NCBI GenBank assembly: GCA_050506795.1
Contig: JBJHCF010000056.1
Span: 1-28,759, forward strand
DNA from: Opitutia bacterium
Lineage (GTDB): Bacteria > Verrucomicrobiota > Verrucomicrobiia > Opitutales > T3Sed10-336
Length of the DNA stretch: 28,759 bases
Reading direction: 5' to 3'
Positions 1-8,185 of this stretch are shown in pieces (the stretch's first letter is position 1; each line of letters opens with the position of its first letter). Both the position numbers and the translations under genes were made by a program. A model generated the notes under the pieces. The model was not told where the DNA came from. It worked only from the letters and a program-made list of their open reading frames with translations, and did no database searches.

Positions 1-2
1 AG

Positions 3-2498
3 CGGGAGACGGATGCGTCGCTTGTCTTCTGGCGGGAGATCGGCGGCGAGTTCCTGCGCGCGGTCTGCCATCTGCCCGAGGGAACGGGCACGGACTTCAC
101 CTTGCCGACTCCGGATCCCGCCCGGATCGGCGAGTGGCTGCTCAATGCCCCGCCGATGCGTGGGGCGGAATACCTTTCCGCGGAAATTCTGGAGGAGGTG
201 TGGAAGCGCACGGCCGAGTGGACCCGCGCGCAAGTAAGTGAACACGGGAGAATCGCCGCGTTCCTGGAAAAGTATGCTCCCGCCTGGTCGCGGGTGGGAC
301 GGGTCACCGTTCACCTGGCGGAGAACAAAGGCGACGACGCCCACCCGTTCGCGTTCATGGCTTCCTACGCCTCGGGGCTGGGAACGTCCGGCCGCTTGCG
401 TCAACTCCCGCTCGGCAAGGCCCTCAAGGAGTATGCCGGCGCCAACAACAAGGCCGTGCTCCTGAGACTACTCGAACCGCTGCACCGCGCCTCGCAATCG
501 TGTCCCTTCATGGCCGATCTGGTCGAATCCGGCGACGTTTATCACCCGCTGGCCTGGACCCCTTCCGAGGCCCACACCTTCCTCCAATCCATTCCCCGCT
601 ACGAGGACGCCGGCCTGCTGGTTCGCCTGCCCGACTGGTGGCGCAAACGCGCCCGCCGGCCGAAGGTGACCGCCACCGTCGGCGATCGCTCCAAAGGCAA
701 GGTCGGCCTCGACGCCCTGCTCGATTTCAAGTTGGAGGTGATCGTCGACGGCGAGTCCCTCTCGCCGAAGGAGGTCGAGGAGCTGCTCCAGGGCGACGAC
801 GGACTGGTCCTTTTCCGCGGCCGGTGGATCGAGGTGGACCGCGAAAAACTGCGGGAAGCTCTCGCTCACTGGAAGGCGCTGGAAGCGGAGGGAAGTCTTT
901 CCTTCATCGAAGGGATGCGGCTGCTGGCGGGCGCGCCGGAGGATCTGAAAACGGCGGACGACCTCGAGGAGGAGCGGGAATGGGCCTTCGCCCAACCGGG
1001 AAAATGGTTCGCCGACACCCTTCGCCGTCTCTCCGATCCGGAGGCCGGAGAACCGCCCGCCGGCCTCCGCGCCACATTGCGTCCCTACCAGGCCCGGGGC
1101 CTCGAATGGCTCTGGTTTTGCGGGCGGACCGGAATCGGCGCCTGCCTCGCCGATGACATGGGTCTGGGAAAAACCGTCCAGGTCCTGGCCGCGCTCCTGC
1201 GCAAGCGGGAAACCGCTCCCGGCGAACCGCCCGCGCTCCTCGTCGTGCCCGCCTCGCTCATCGGCAACTGGAAGCGCGAGGCGGAGCGCTTCGCGCCCTC
1301 CCTTCGCCTCTTCATCGCCCACCGCTCCGAGACCCCGGAAGCGGATTTCACCGATCCCTCCCCCGCCCTCCTCGCCAAGGCGGACCTCGTCGTCACCACC
1401 TACGCGATGCTCCCGCGCCTTGCCTGGCCCGCGAAAACCCGCTGGAGTTGGATCATTCTCGACGAGGCACAGGCGATCAAAAACCCGAGCGCCCGCCAAA
1501 GTAAAACGGTGCGCAAGCTCGAAGCCCGCGCCCGTTTCGCCCTTACCGGCACGCCGGTCGAGAATCATTTGGGCGACCTCTGGTCGCTCTTCGATTTTAT
1601 CAATCCCGGCCTGCTCGGCACATCCTCTCGGTTCAAAGCCTTCGCGAAAAAACTGCGCGATCGAAACCACAACCACTACGCGCCGCTGCGCCGCCTCGTC
1701 GCCCCCTACATTCTCCGCCGCCTCAAAACCGACAAATCGGTCATCGCCGATCTTCCCGACAAGACCGAAATGAAAGTGTACTGCGGCCTCACCGCCGCCC
1801 AGGCGAAGCTCTACCAGCAAACCGCCCGGCAGCTTGAAAAGGAACTGGCATCGAGCGACGGCATAAAGCGGCGGGGACTTGTATTGGCGTACTTGATACG
1901 ATTCAAACAAATCTGCAATCACCCGGACCAGCTCACCAAATCCGGCGACTTCGCCGCCGGCGACAGCGCCAAATTCGCCCGACTCGCCGAACTTTGCGAG
2001 GAGATCGCATCACGCGGCGAGAAGCCCCTCGTCTTCACCCAGTTCCGGGAGATGACCGAACCGCTCGAAACGCACCTCGCCTCCGTCTTCGGACGGCCGG
2101 GGGCGATCCTCCACGGCGGCACTCCGGTCAAGGCGCGCTCCGGCCTGGTCGAGCGCTTCCAGCGCGACGATCCCGGCGCGCCCGCATTCATGGTTCTTTC
2201 CCTGAAAGCCGGCGGCACCGGGCTTAACCTCACCGCCGCCTCCCACGTCATCCATTTCGACCGCTGGTGGAACCCCGCCGTCGAAAACCAGGCCACCGAC
2301 CGCGCCTTCCGCATCGGCCAGCGCCGGAATGTGGTCGTGCATAAATTCATCACCTCGGGCACGCTCGAGGAAAAAATCGACGCCCTCATCACCGAGAAGC
2401 AGGAAACCGCGGACGCCATTCTCAGCGACGGCGCGGAAAAAGCGCTCACCGAGATGAACGACGACGAACTCCTCGACTTTATCCGTCTCAGCCTCTAG
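3..2498 (+). CDS. SNF2/SWI2-family helicase-like ATPase (5'-truncated by window edge)
   Basis: Motifs LADDMGLGKT (I), DEAQ (II), LTGTPVEN (III), LSLKAGGTGLNL (V) and QATDRAFRIGQ (VI). The frame is open upstream of 102 back to base 3 (RETDASLVFW...), so the true start is probably outside the window. Confidence 0.95.
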   Translation, partial: RETDASLVFWREIGGEFLRAVCHLPEGTGTDFTLPTPDPARIGEWLLNAPPMRGAEYLSAEILEEVWKRTAEWTRAQVSEHGRIAAFLEKYAPAWSRVGRVTVHLAENKGDDAHPFAFMASYASGLGTSGRLRQLPLGKALKEYAGANNKAVLLRLLEPLHRASQSCPFMADLVESGDVYHPLAWTPSEAHTFLQSIPRYEDAGLLVRLPDWWRKRARRPKVTATVGDRSKGKVGLDALLDFKLEVIVDGESLSPKEVEELLQGDDGLVLFRGRWIEVDREKLREALAHWKALEAEGSLSFIEGMRLLAGAPEDLKTADDLEEEREWAFAQPGKWFADTLRRLSDPEAGEPPAGLRATLRPYQARGLEWLWFCGRTGIGACLADDMGLGKTVQVLAALLRKRETAPGEPPALLVVPASLIGNWKREAERFAPSLRLFIAHRSETPEADFTDPSPALLAKADLVVTTYAMLPRLAWPAKTRWSWIILDEAQAIKNPSARQSKTVRKLEARARFALTGTPVENHLGDLWSLFDFINPGLLGTSSRFKAFAKKLRDRNHNHYAPLRRLVAPYILRRLKTDKSVIADLPDKTEMKVYCGLTAAQAKLYQQTARQLEKELASSDGIKRRGLVLAYLIRFKQICNHPDQLTKSGDFAAGDSAKFARLAELCEEIASRGEKPLVFTQFREMTEPLETHLASVFGRPGAILHGGTPVKARSGLVERFQRDDPGAPAFMVLSLKAGGTGLNLTAASHVIHFDRWWNPAVENQATDRAFRIGQRRNVVVHKFITSGTLEEKIDALITEKQETADAILSDGAEKALTEMNDDELLDFIRLSL

Positions 2499-2544
2499 CC
2501 AAAATTCCGAGTCATGAAATTCAAGTCCAAACCGGTCCCCCGTC

Positions 2545-2573
2545 CTTCGCTGCTTGAGCGCAGCGGGCGTAAG
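2545..2573. repeat. Partial right-type copy of the GxxExxY-flanking repeat
   Basis: cttcgctgcttgagcgcagcgggcgtaag; its core matches the copies at 2707-2748 and 3208-3249. Confidence 0.85.
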
Positions 2574-2595
2574 TCCTTATCCGCAAAAAAGTGAA

Positions 2596-2748
2596 CTCAC
2601 GCCGAGCAGCGAAGCAGCCAAGGGGGTAAAAACAACCTCTCCACAACCAGGGCGATCCCATAAATGAAAGCACATAAGATCATGTACAATCCCTCGTTTC
2701 AAAATTCCTCTGCTGCTTTGCTGCTTGAGCGCAGCGGGCGTGAGAACC
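2596..2748. repeat. Inverted repeat pair (REPIN-like) upstream of GxxExxY gene
   Basis: Left arm ctcacgccgagcagcgaagcagccaagg (2596-2623). Right arm cctctgctgctttgctgcttgagcgcagcgggcgtgagaacc (2707-2748) is approximately its reverse complement plus a 10-nt insert (gagcgcagcg). Confidence 0.85.
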
Positions 2749-2761
2749 AACCAAGAACATC

Positions 2762-3187
2762 ATGACTGAAAACGAAATCGGCAAAGAAGTGGTGGATGCC
2801 ACCATCAAAGTTCACAACTCCCTCGGACCGGGTCTTTTGGAAACGGTTTACGAAGCAGTCCTTGCCCGCGAGCTGACCGCGCGCGGATTTGACGTTGCGA
2901 GACAAGTGCCGGTGCCTATCAAATATGGGGGCGTTCAGTTTGACGAGGCCTTCCGAGCCGACCTGATCGTCAACGATAAAGTCATTCTCGAACTTAAGTC
3001 CGTTGAGAGTCTCGCCAAGGTTCACTATAAACAGGTTTTCACCTACCTGAAACTGAGGGGCAACACGCTGGGTTATCTCCTGAACTTCGGAGCCGGGCTG
3101 ATGAAAGATGGCATCGCCAGAATTGTTTGCGGCTTGGAGGAAAACATCTCACGCCAAGCAGCGAAACAGCCAACAAATGAGGCATGA
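2762..3187 (+). CDS. GxxExxY family protein (PD-(D/E)XK nuclease fold)
   Basis: GPGLLETVY signature, RADLIV...LELKSV catalytic-type motif, QVFTYLK and GYLLNFG. Confidence 0.93.
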   Translation: MTENEIGKEVVDATIKVHNSLGPGLLETVYEAVLARELTARGFDVARQVPVPIKYGGVQFDEAFRADLIVNDKVILELKSVESLAKVHYKQVFTYLKLRGNTLGYLLNFGAGLMKDGIARIVCGLEENISRQAAKQPTNEA

Positions 3188-3249
3188 GTTCGCATCCCAT
3201 CTTCCTTCCTTTGCTGCTCTGCTGCTTGAGCGCAGCGGGTGTGAGAACC
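3147..3249. repeat. Inverted repeat pair (REPIN-like) overlapping the 3' end of GxxExxY gene
   Basis: Left arm tctcacgccaagcagcgaaacagccaa (3147-3173) and right arm cctttgctgctctgctgcttgagcgcagcgggtgtgagaacc (3208-3249). A further stub ctcacgccaa lies at 3267-3276. Confidence 0.85.
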
Positions 3250-3295
3250 CATTCACAGGAACGAGCCTCACGCCAATCATAATTTCAATTCACTC

Positions 3296-4531
3296 ATGAG
3301 CTGGTTCTACCGACCCTACGTCTCCGTCGCCGAGCGCAAAGCGAAGGCTCTCAAGAAAGTCGCCGCCATGAAAAAGAAAGGCCAAACGGTAGAACCCGTG
3401 ACGGCCGCCACGCCGCGCGGCAAAATGGCTCTGAGCTTTTGGGGCGAGGCCTGGTGCGACCACCTCGAATCCTACAGCGACTTCGCCAACCGCCTTCCGC
3501 GCGGCCGCACTTACCTGCGCAACGGGTCCGTCCTCCACCTCGGCATCGACAGCGGCCGGGTCGAAGCCCTGGTCATGGGCTCGGAACTGTACAAACAGAC
3601 CGTTCGCATCGCCCCCCTCCCGAAGCCCAAATGGAACGCCCTGAAAAGACGCTGCCAGGGGAAAATCGGCTCCCTGGTCGAACTGTTGCAAGGCAAGATC
3701 TCGGGCGAGATCATGAGGATCGTCACCGACCGGAAGAACGGTCTGTTTCCCGGTCCCAGGGAAATCAAGTTGAGCTGTTCCTGCCCCGATTGGGCGGGCC
3801 TGTGCAAACACCTCGCCGCCATCCTCTACGGAGTCGGCGCCCGGCTCGACGACGCCCCCGAGCTGCTCTTCAAACTGCGCGGTGTCGATCACAACGAACT
3901 CATTCAAGCGGACGCCTCCGCCCTCGCCGAGACCGGACGTCCCTCCGCCGGCCGGCGCACCCTGGCGCCCGCGTCCCTCGGCGACGTCTTCGGCATCGAC
4001 CTGGACGATGAGGAAGCGGAAACGCCGCCGGTGCCCCCGCTCGCGAAGAAGCCCCGAAAAACCACCGGGAAGACACCGCGCAAGAAAAGCGCTCCCGCCG
4101 ATTCGGTCGCGAAAAAGGCAAAGGCCCGAACGACCAAAAAACCGGCGAAGAAATCAATTTCAACGGACGATCTCGATCGCCGGCGACAAAAGATTCTCCG
4201 AGAGTTGGATAGGCTGCTTGCCGCGACCAGGAAAAAGCCGCGCAAGAAAAAAGCAGCTCTGAAGAAACCGCCCCGCCAACGTCAGGCCGTGAAGGAAAAA
4301 GCGACTCCCGCCAAACAAAATGCCACGAAAAAGGTCGCACCCTTCAAACCCACCGCCGCCGCCGTGCGCAAGCTTCGCGAAGACCTCGGCCTCTCCCGCG
4401 CCGCCTTCTCCAAACGTCTCCGCGTTTCTCCCCAGACCGTCGCCAACTGGGAAGGCACGTCCGGCCCCATCAACCCGCAATTCCGAAGTCTGGCTGCACT
4501 GCGCGCGCTTCACCGCAAGACCCGCGAATAA
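3296..4531 (+). CDS. SWIM zinc-finger protein with Lys/Ala/Pro-rich linker and C-terminal XRE-type HTH
   Basis: NRLPRGRTY and CSCPDWAGLCKH (SWIM CxC...CxH); basic low-complexity segment; C-terminal VRKLREDLGLSRAAFSKRLRVSPQTVANWE helix-turn-helix. Confidence 0.9.
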   Translation: MSWFYRPYVSVAERKAKALKKVAAMKKKGQTVEPVTAATPRGKMALSFWGEAWCDHLESYSDFANRLPRGRTYLRNGSVLHLGIDSGRVEALVMGSELYKQTVRIAPLPKPKWNALKRRCQGKIGSLVELLQGKISGEIMRIVTDRKNGLFPGPREIKLSCSCPDWAGLCKHLAAILYGVGARLDDAPELLFKLRGVDHNELIQADASALAETGRPSAGRRTLAPASLGDVFGIDLDDEEAETPPVPPLAKKPRKTTGKTPRKKSAPADSVAKKAKARTTKKPAKKSISTDDLDRRRQKILRELDRLLAATRKKPRKKKAALKKPPRQRQAVKEKATPAKQNATKKVAPFKPTAAAVRKLREDLGLSRAAFSKRLRVSPQTVANWEGTSGPINPQFRSLAALRALHRKTRE

Positions 4532-4594
4532 TGACCAAAATTCCTTTCGCCTCCGGTCGTTGCCTAACCGCAACCCGAATAATTCGATGACGAC

Positions 4595-5962
4595 ATGACC
4601 ACCGACGAATATCACGAGCTTAAGAAGGTGCTCTCGCGAATCGATGCGGACACCTTGGCGAGTTTCATCGTGGATCTCGCCGTTCAGAATGAAACCGTCG
4701 CGGAGGCGACGGTGCTGCTGTCGCAGCGCGGGAACCCGGAGGCGTGTTTCAAGGCGATCAAGGCGCGCATTTCGGGGTTGCGGCGGGGCAAGCGTTTCTA
4801 CCACTACCGTGAGGCGGGGTATTTGGAACAAAAGATTCATGTGATTCTCGAAGCCATCGAACGGGATCTGCTTCCGATCGCCCCGCAACGGGCCATGGAG
4901 GCGGTCGGCGAGCTAATTCGGTCGGACGCCGCCGTGATGGAACGGGTGGATGATTCTTCAGGGGGAATGGGAATGGTTTTCCGGAAAGCCTGCGAGCTTT
5001 TTGCCATTGCCGCCGAAGCGGCCGGTAAACCGGCGGAGGCGGAGTCGTGGTTTTTTCGGTTGGCGGAAGAAAATGACTACGGAGTGCGCGACGCACTCTT
5101 CGACTACGTTCCACGTATTCTTGGAAAGGAAAGCCTGGAACGTTTAATCGCAGATTGGCGCGAATCGATTGCCGGAAAGGATTTCAAGGAAGCCTTTACA
5201 GAAGCGATACGTTTGAGTCAGACGGCGAAAGCCATGGGAGATCCCGAGCTTTTCGAAGAGGCGAAGCTTTGCGGAGAAACGCCGGAGTCGTATCCCGCGA
5301 TCGCCCTCGATGTGGCGCGCTTCTACCTCGAATGCGGTCGGCCTGATGAGGCGCTCGCGAAGGTGCCCGCATCGGAAAACCTTCGAAGTCATTGGGGATT
5401 CGACGAACTGCTGGTGGAAATCTACCGGGCGCTGGGCGATGAATCCGCTCAGGCGGAAATTCACTTTCGTCAGTTCGAAATGTTGGCGAGCGCAAAGGAA
5501 GCGCGGAACTATCTTCAGACGATACCTCAAAGCCGACAAGAAGCCGAACGGCAGCGGTTGGAGAGGATGGTGTCGGAAGGTGAATACCGTCCAATGGTCA
5601 AGGCCCGCTTTTTCACCGCGATGGGTAAACCGGCGATCGCGGCTTCGATCATCGAAGAAAATGCCGAATCCTTCAGCGAAACGTACTACTCGTTGACGGA
5701 GCTCGCCAAACCGCTCGCCAAGCTCCATCCACGCGCGGCCACCCTTCTCTATCGCGAAGCGGTGGAACAGACCCTGGCTGAAGGAAAGTCAAAAAACTAC
5801 CGCCACGCCGTTCGCTACATCCGGCAACTCGAAAAACTCGCTGAAGCCGTGAAAAATTGGAGCGCCATTCCCAACCATGACGCATGGCTTGACGGAATTC
5901 GCTCCCGGCATGCCCGCAAGTCGGCATTCTGGAAGGCGATGGGCGAGGCGTGTTCTAATTGA
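4595..5962 (+). CDS. All-helical hypothetical protein (DUF6880-like)
   Basis: 455-aa ORF with ISGLRRGKRF, ERVDDSSGGMG and C-terminal YRHAVRY...IRSRHARKSAFW, recalled from this family. The family label is from memory. Confidence 0.7.
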   Translation: MTTDEYHELKKVLSRIDADTLASFIVDLAVQNETVAEATVLLSQRGNPEACFKAIKARISGLRRGKRFYHYREAGYLEQKIHVILEAIERDLLPIAPQRAMEAVGELIRSDAAVMERVDDSSGGMGMVFRKACELFAIAAEAAGKPAEAESWFFRLAEENDYGVRDALFDYVPRILGKESLERLIADWRESIAGKDFKEAFTEAIRLSQTAKAMGDPELFEEAKLCGETPESYPAIALDVARFYLECGRPDEALAKVPASENLRSHWGFDELLVEIYRALGDESAQAEIHFRQFEMLASAKEARNYLQTIPQSRQEAERQRLERMVSEGEYRPMVKARFFTAMGKPAIAASIIEENAESFSETYYSLTELAKPLAKLHPRAATLLYREAVEQTLAEGKSKNYRHAVRYIRQLEKLAEAVKNWSAIPNHDAWLDGIRSRHARKSAFWKAMGEACSN

Positions 5963-5975
5963 ATCCGTTGCACCC

Positions 5976-6212
5976 TCATTCGTTCTCCGTTTCGTTCCTG
6001 GCACGGAAAATCCCCACGGCCACAAGCTCGTCGTTTTCGTCCAACTCGATCAACAACGGGAGTTTTTTCAGAACGGATTTCGGCAGTTCGAAAACAAACG
6101 CACCCGACGGCGGCCGCTCGCCCCGCTTTCTCTTTTTAAGCCGAAGGCGAATTTGCGATTCGCTTAACGAGCATTCCACGCCGTCCTCCTCCACATCGAC
6201 CAGGCGCTGCAC
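5976..6212 (-). CDS. Possible small hypothetical protein or gene remnant
   Basis: 78-aa ORF with protein-like composition filling the gap before the REP at 6240; GTG start, no clear RBS. Confidence 0.3.
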   Translation of the reverse strand: MQRLVDVEEDGVECSLSESQIRLRLKKRKRGERPPSGAFVFELPKSVLKKLPLLIELDENDELVAVGIFRARNETENE

Positions 6213-6239
6213 CGGTCGCCATCACACTCCCGACGCCGA

Positions 6240-6267
6240 CGGCCGGGGCGGAGCCCGGCCCTCCAGG
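6240..6267 (-). repeat. GGAG-type REP element
   Basis: Minus strand cctGGAG-ggccggg-ctccgc-cccggcc-g. Confidence 0.8.
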
Positions 6268-6284
6268 AAAGATGCCATCCCACG

Positions 6285-6312
6285 CCCCTCACCCCTCACC
6301 CCTCACCCTTGA
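6285..6312 (+). repeat. Heptamer tandem repeat (cccctca)x3 plus one degenerate unit
   Basis: cccctca cccctca cccctca cccttga, running into TTGACA at 6309. Confidence 0.85.
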
Positions 6313-6349
6313 CACCCGTACCATTTGAATTTATTTATTATCTCAAATG
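6309..6349 (+). promoter_or_regulatory. Putative promoter and operator of the Xre-RES operon
   Basis: TTGACA at 6309-6314, AT-rich -10 region at 6331-6341, and inverted repeat CATTTGA-N14-TCAAATG (6322-6349) that includes the ATG. Confidence 0.6.
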
Positions 6350-6814
6350 AAACAAACGCCCCAACATGCATCCCTGGTCGCCGAGCCCGAAGCGCTTTAC
6401 GGACGAACTTTCGGGAATAAATCGCCCAAGGCACAAGAGCGATTTCGGGCCGACAGCTTGGTCGACCGCATCCGCGCGGGGTTGCCGGTCTCCGAGTTCG
6501 ACACCCTGCGTGGCCTCCTGCAAATCCCGGCGGAAGAATTGTCCGGGTACCTGAACCTCTCGCGCAGCACCCTGATGCGGCGCCGAAGGAGCGGGAGACT
6601 GGCGCCAGACGAGTCCGACCGCGTCATTCGTTATGCCCGACTCTTCGGCATGGCCGCGGACGTACTGGGCGGACACGACGAAGCCCGAGCCTGGCTTCGC
6701 CAACCCGCCCGGGCTCTCGGCGGGACCGTTCCCCTGGATTTCGCGCAAACCGAAGCCGGCGCGCGGGAGGTGGAGAACATCCTCGGACGGATCGAGTCCG
6801 GAGTGTACGCGTGA
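6347..6814 (+). CDS. Xre/MbcA/ParS-type antitoxin
   Basis: HTH (LNLSRSTLMRRR), LAPDESDRVIR, ARAWLRQPARALGGTVPLD and terminal LGRIESGVYA; stop overlaps the toxin start (GTGA). Confidence 0.93.
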   Translation: MKQTPQHASLVAEPEALYGRTFGNKSPKAQERFRADSLVDRIRAGLPVSEFDTLRGLLQIPAEELSGYLNLSRSTLMRRRRSGRLAPDESDRVIRYARLFGMAADVLGGHDEARAWLRQPARALGGTVPLDFAQTEAGAREVENILGRIESGVYA

Positions 6815-7302
6815 CCGTAACAATCTGGCGCCTGGTCAAAGCCCGGCACGCGGGACAAGCCTTCGACGGCGAAGGCGCCCGGCGTTACGGAGGTCGTTGG
6901 AACTCACCCGGCACCCCAATGGTGTACGCCTCCGAAAGCCGCGCCCTCGCCGCCCTCGAACTCCTGGTCCATGTTCCGGCGAACCTCTTGTCGCAACCGT
7001 TTCGGTTTTTTCGAATCGACATTCCACCCCGGTTCATTCGCTCCCTCACCCCAGGTCCCTCGCCCCACGCCCCCCTCCCCTCCGGCTGGAACGCCCCACT
7101 GATCTCACCCGCAACCCAGGCGTTAGGAGACGAATGGATTGCCTCCGGCCGGAGCGTCGTGCTGCGGGTACCCAGCGCCGTCATCCCCGAAGAAAACAAC
7201 TATCTCATCAATCCCGCCCACCCAGATTTCAAAAAACTCGCAATCGCCGAACCGGAACCGTTCTCGTTCGACCCGAGGATCGCGGTAAAATCGAAACTGT
7301 GA
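6811..7302 (+). CDS. RES-domain toxin (NAD+-degrading/ADP-ribosylating class)
   Basis: FDGEGARRYGGRWNSPG, VYASES..LAALE, VPSAVIPEENNYLINPAHPDF. Confidence 0.93.
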   Translation: MTVTIWRLVKARHAGQAFDGEGARRYGGRWNSPGTPMVYASESRALAALELLVHVPANLLSQPFRFFRIDIPPRFIRSLTPGPSPHAPLPSGWNAPLISPATQALGDEWIASGRSVVLRVPSAVIPEENNYLINPAHPDFKKLAIAEPEPFSFDPRIAVKSKL

Positions 7303-7332
7303 ATCCATCCGGCTTGGGTTAGCGGTTTTCCG

Positions 7333-7355
7333 CGCGGAGGCGCAGGGGCGCAGAG
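7333..7355 (+). repeat. Lone arm of 8-nt-periodic repeat
   Basis: cgcggagg-cgcagggg-cgcagag, the same architecture as the arms at 7964 and 15133. Confidence 0.55.
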
Positions 7356-7437
7356 AACTGAATAGCCACCTGGAGAGAATGGTACAAGGTTAACGCGGTG
7401 GATCGAAGGAGCTTACCCTAATCGTATCGGTCGTTCC

Positions 7438-7563
7438 CCTGGAGGGCCATGCTCCGCCATGGCCGCAACGCGCAGGACGGCGACGGTGGCCGGTTCCGGT
7501 TTGGGCGCACCTTGTGGCCGGAACGCCGGTCCACGCGGCGGCGCGGGAGCGCCTCCCTCCAGG
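7438..7563. repeat. Inverted pair of GGAG-type REPs (REPIN)
   Basis: cctGGAGggccatgctccgccatggccg (7438-7465) and the opposite-strand copy cctGGAGggaggcgctcccgcgccgccg (7536-7563). Confidence 0.85.
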
Positions 7564-7569
7564 AAAGGG

Positions 7570-7797
7570 CAGCGCAAGGTGTCCGGCGTTGGGTTCCACC
7601 GCATACAATTGCCGCCTGCGGGTATTGTAAAAGGCCAACACCTTTTCCGGATCTCTCCGCCAGGCCTCCGGCGAGACCTCGCCTCCAGTTAGTTTCCGGT
7701 GGTATTCGGACGACACCGTAACCTCGTGCCGCGTAGTCGTGGAACCCGCGACCGTCACGGTATAGCGGTCCTCGCTGCTTTTCTCGACTTCGATCAT
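7570..7797 (-). pseudogene. Chimeric remnant: N-terminus of a small hypothetical protein fused in frame to an internal CobB/sirtuin fragment
   Basis: Residues 42-76 (SPEAWRRDPEKVLAFYNTRRRQLYAVEPNAGHLAL) resemble the CobB segment after the NAD-binding loop. Residues 1-41 are unrelated to sirtuins. Similarity ends 6 nt before the REP at 7563. Confidence 0.7.
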
Positions 7798-7963
7798 GGC
7801 TTTTTCCCCGGTTCCGTTCGGTCACGATACTGAAACGCAGTCACCCGAAAGGTCAACCTTGCCCTAGGAGGAACGGCAATCGGATAAGGCCATTGATCCA
7901 AGCCGCGCAGTCCTACCTTGGCAAGTATACCAAAACCACGCCCGGTTTAAACCGGTGAAGGTT

Positions 7964-8035
7964 CTCACACGGAGCCACGGAGCTCACGGAGGTGCGTCCT
8001 GTAAAAATCTCCGTGACTTTGTGGCTCCGTGTGAG
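7964..8035. repeat. Inverted repeat pair with 8-nt-periodic arms
   Basis: ctcacacggagccacggagctcacggag (7964-7991) and ctccgtgactttgtggctccgtgtgag (8009-8035). Confidence 0.85.
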
Positions 8036-8185
8036 TCCAATTTCCGTTGTATTTTTTTTGCTTCGTCAAACGATGAGCCGCCTTAACCGTGCCATTCGCC
8101 CCAGGAGTCTGTCGAGCTTCGCCGAGAGCTTCCTGAAACCAATACAAGCTCGCCACCGGCGGCGTTGCCAAAAAGAATCGCCGCC

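Noticed and set aside
468..1922. 484-aa minus-strand ORF
   Set aside because: Antisense shadow of the SNF2 gene in GC-rich DNA; no recognisable motifs.
2545..3276. CRISPR array interpretation of the repeats around GxxExxY
   Set aside because: Copies alternate in orientation, spacing is irregular, a gene lies between them and there are no cas genes.
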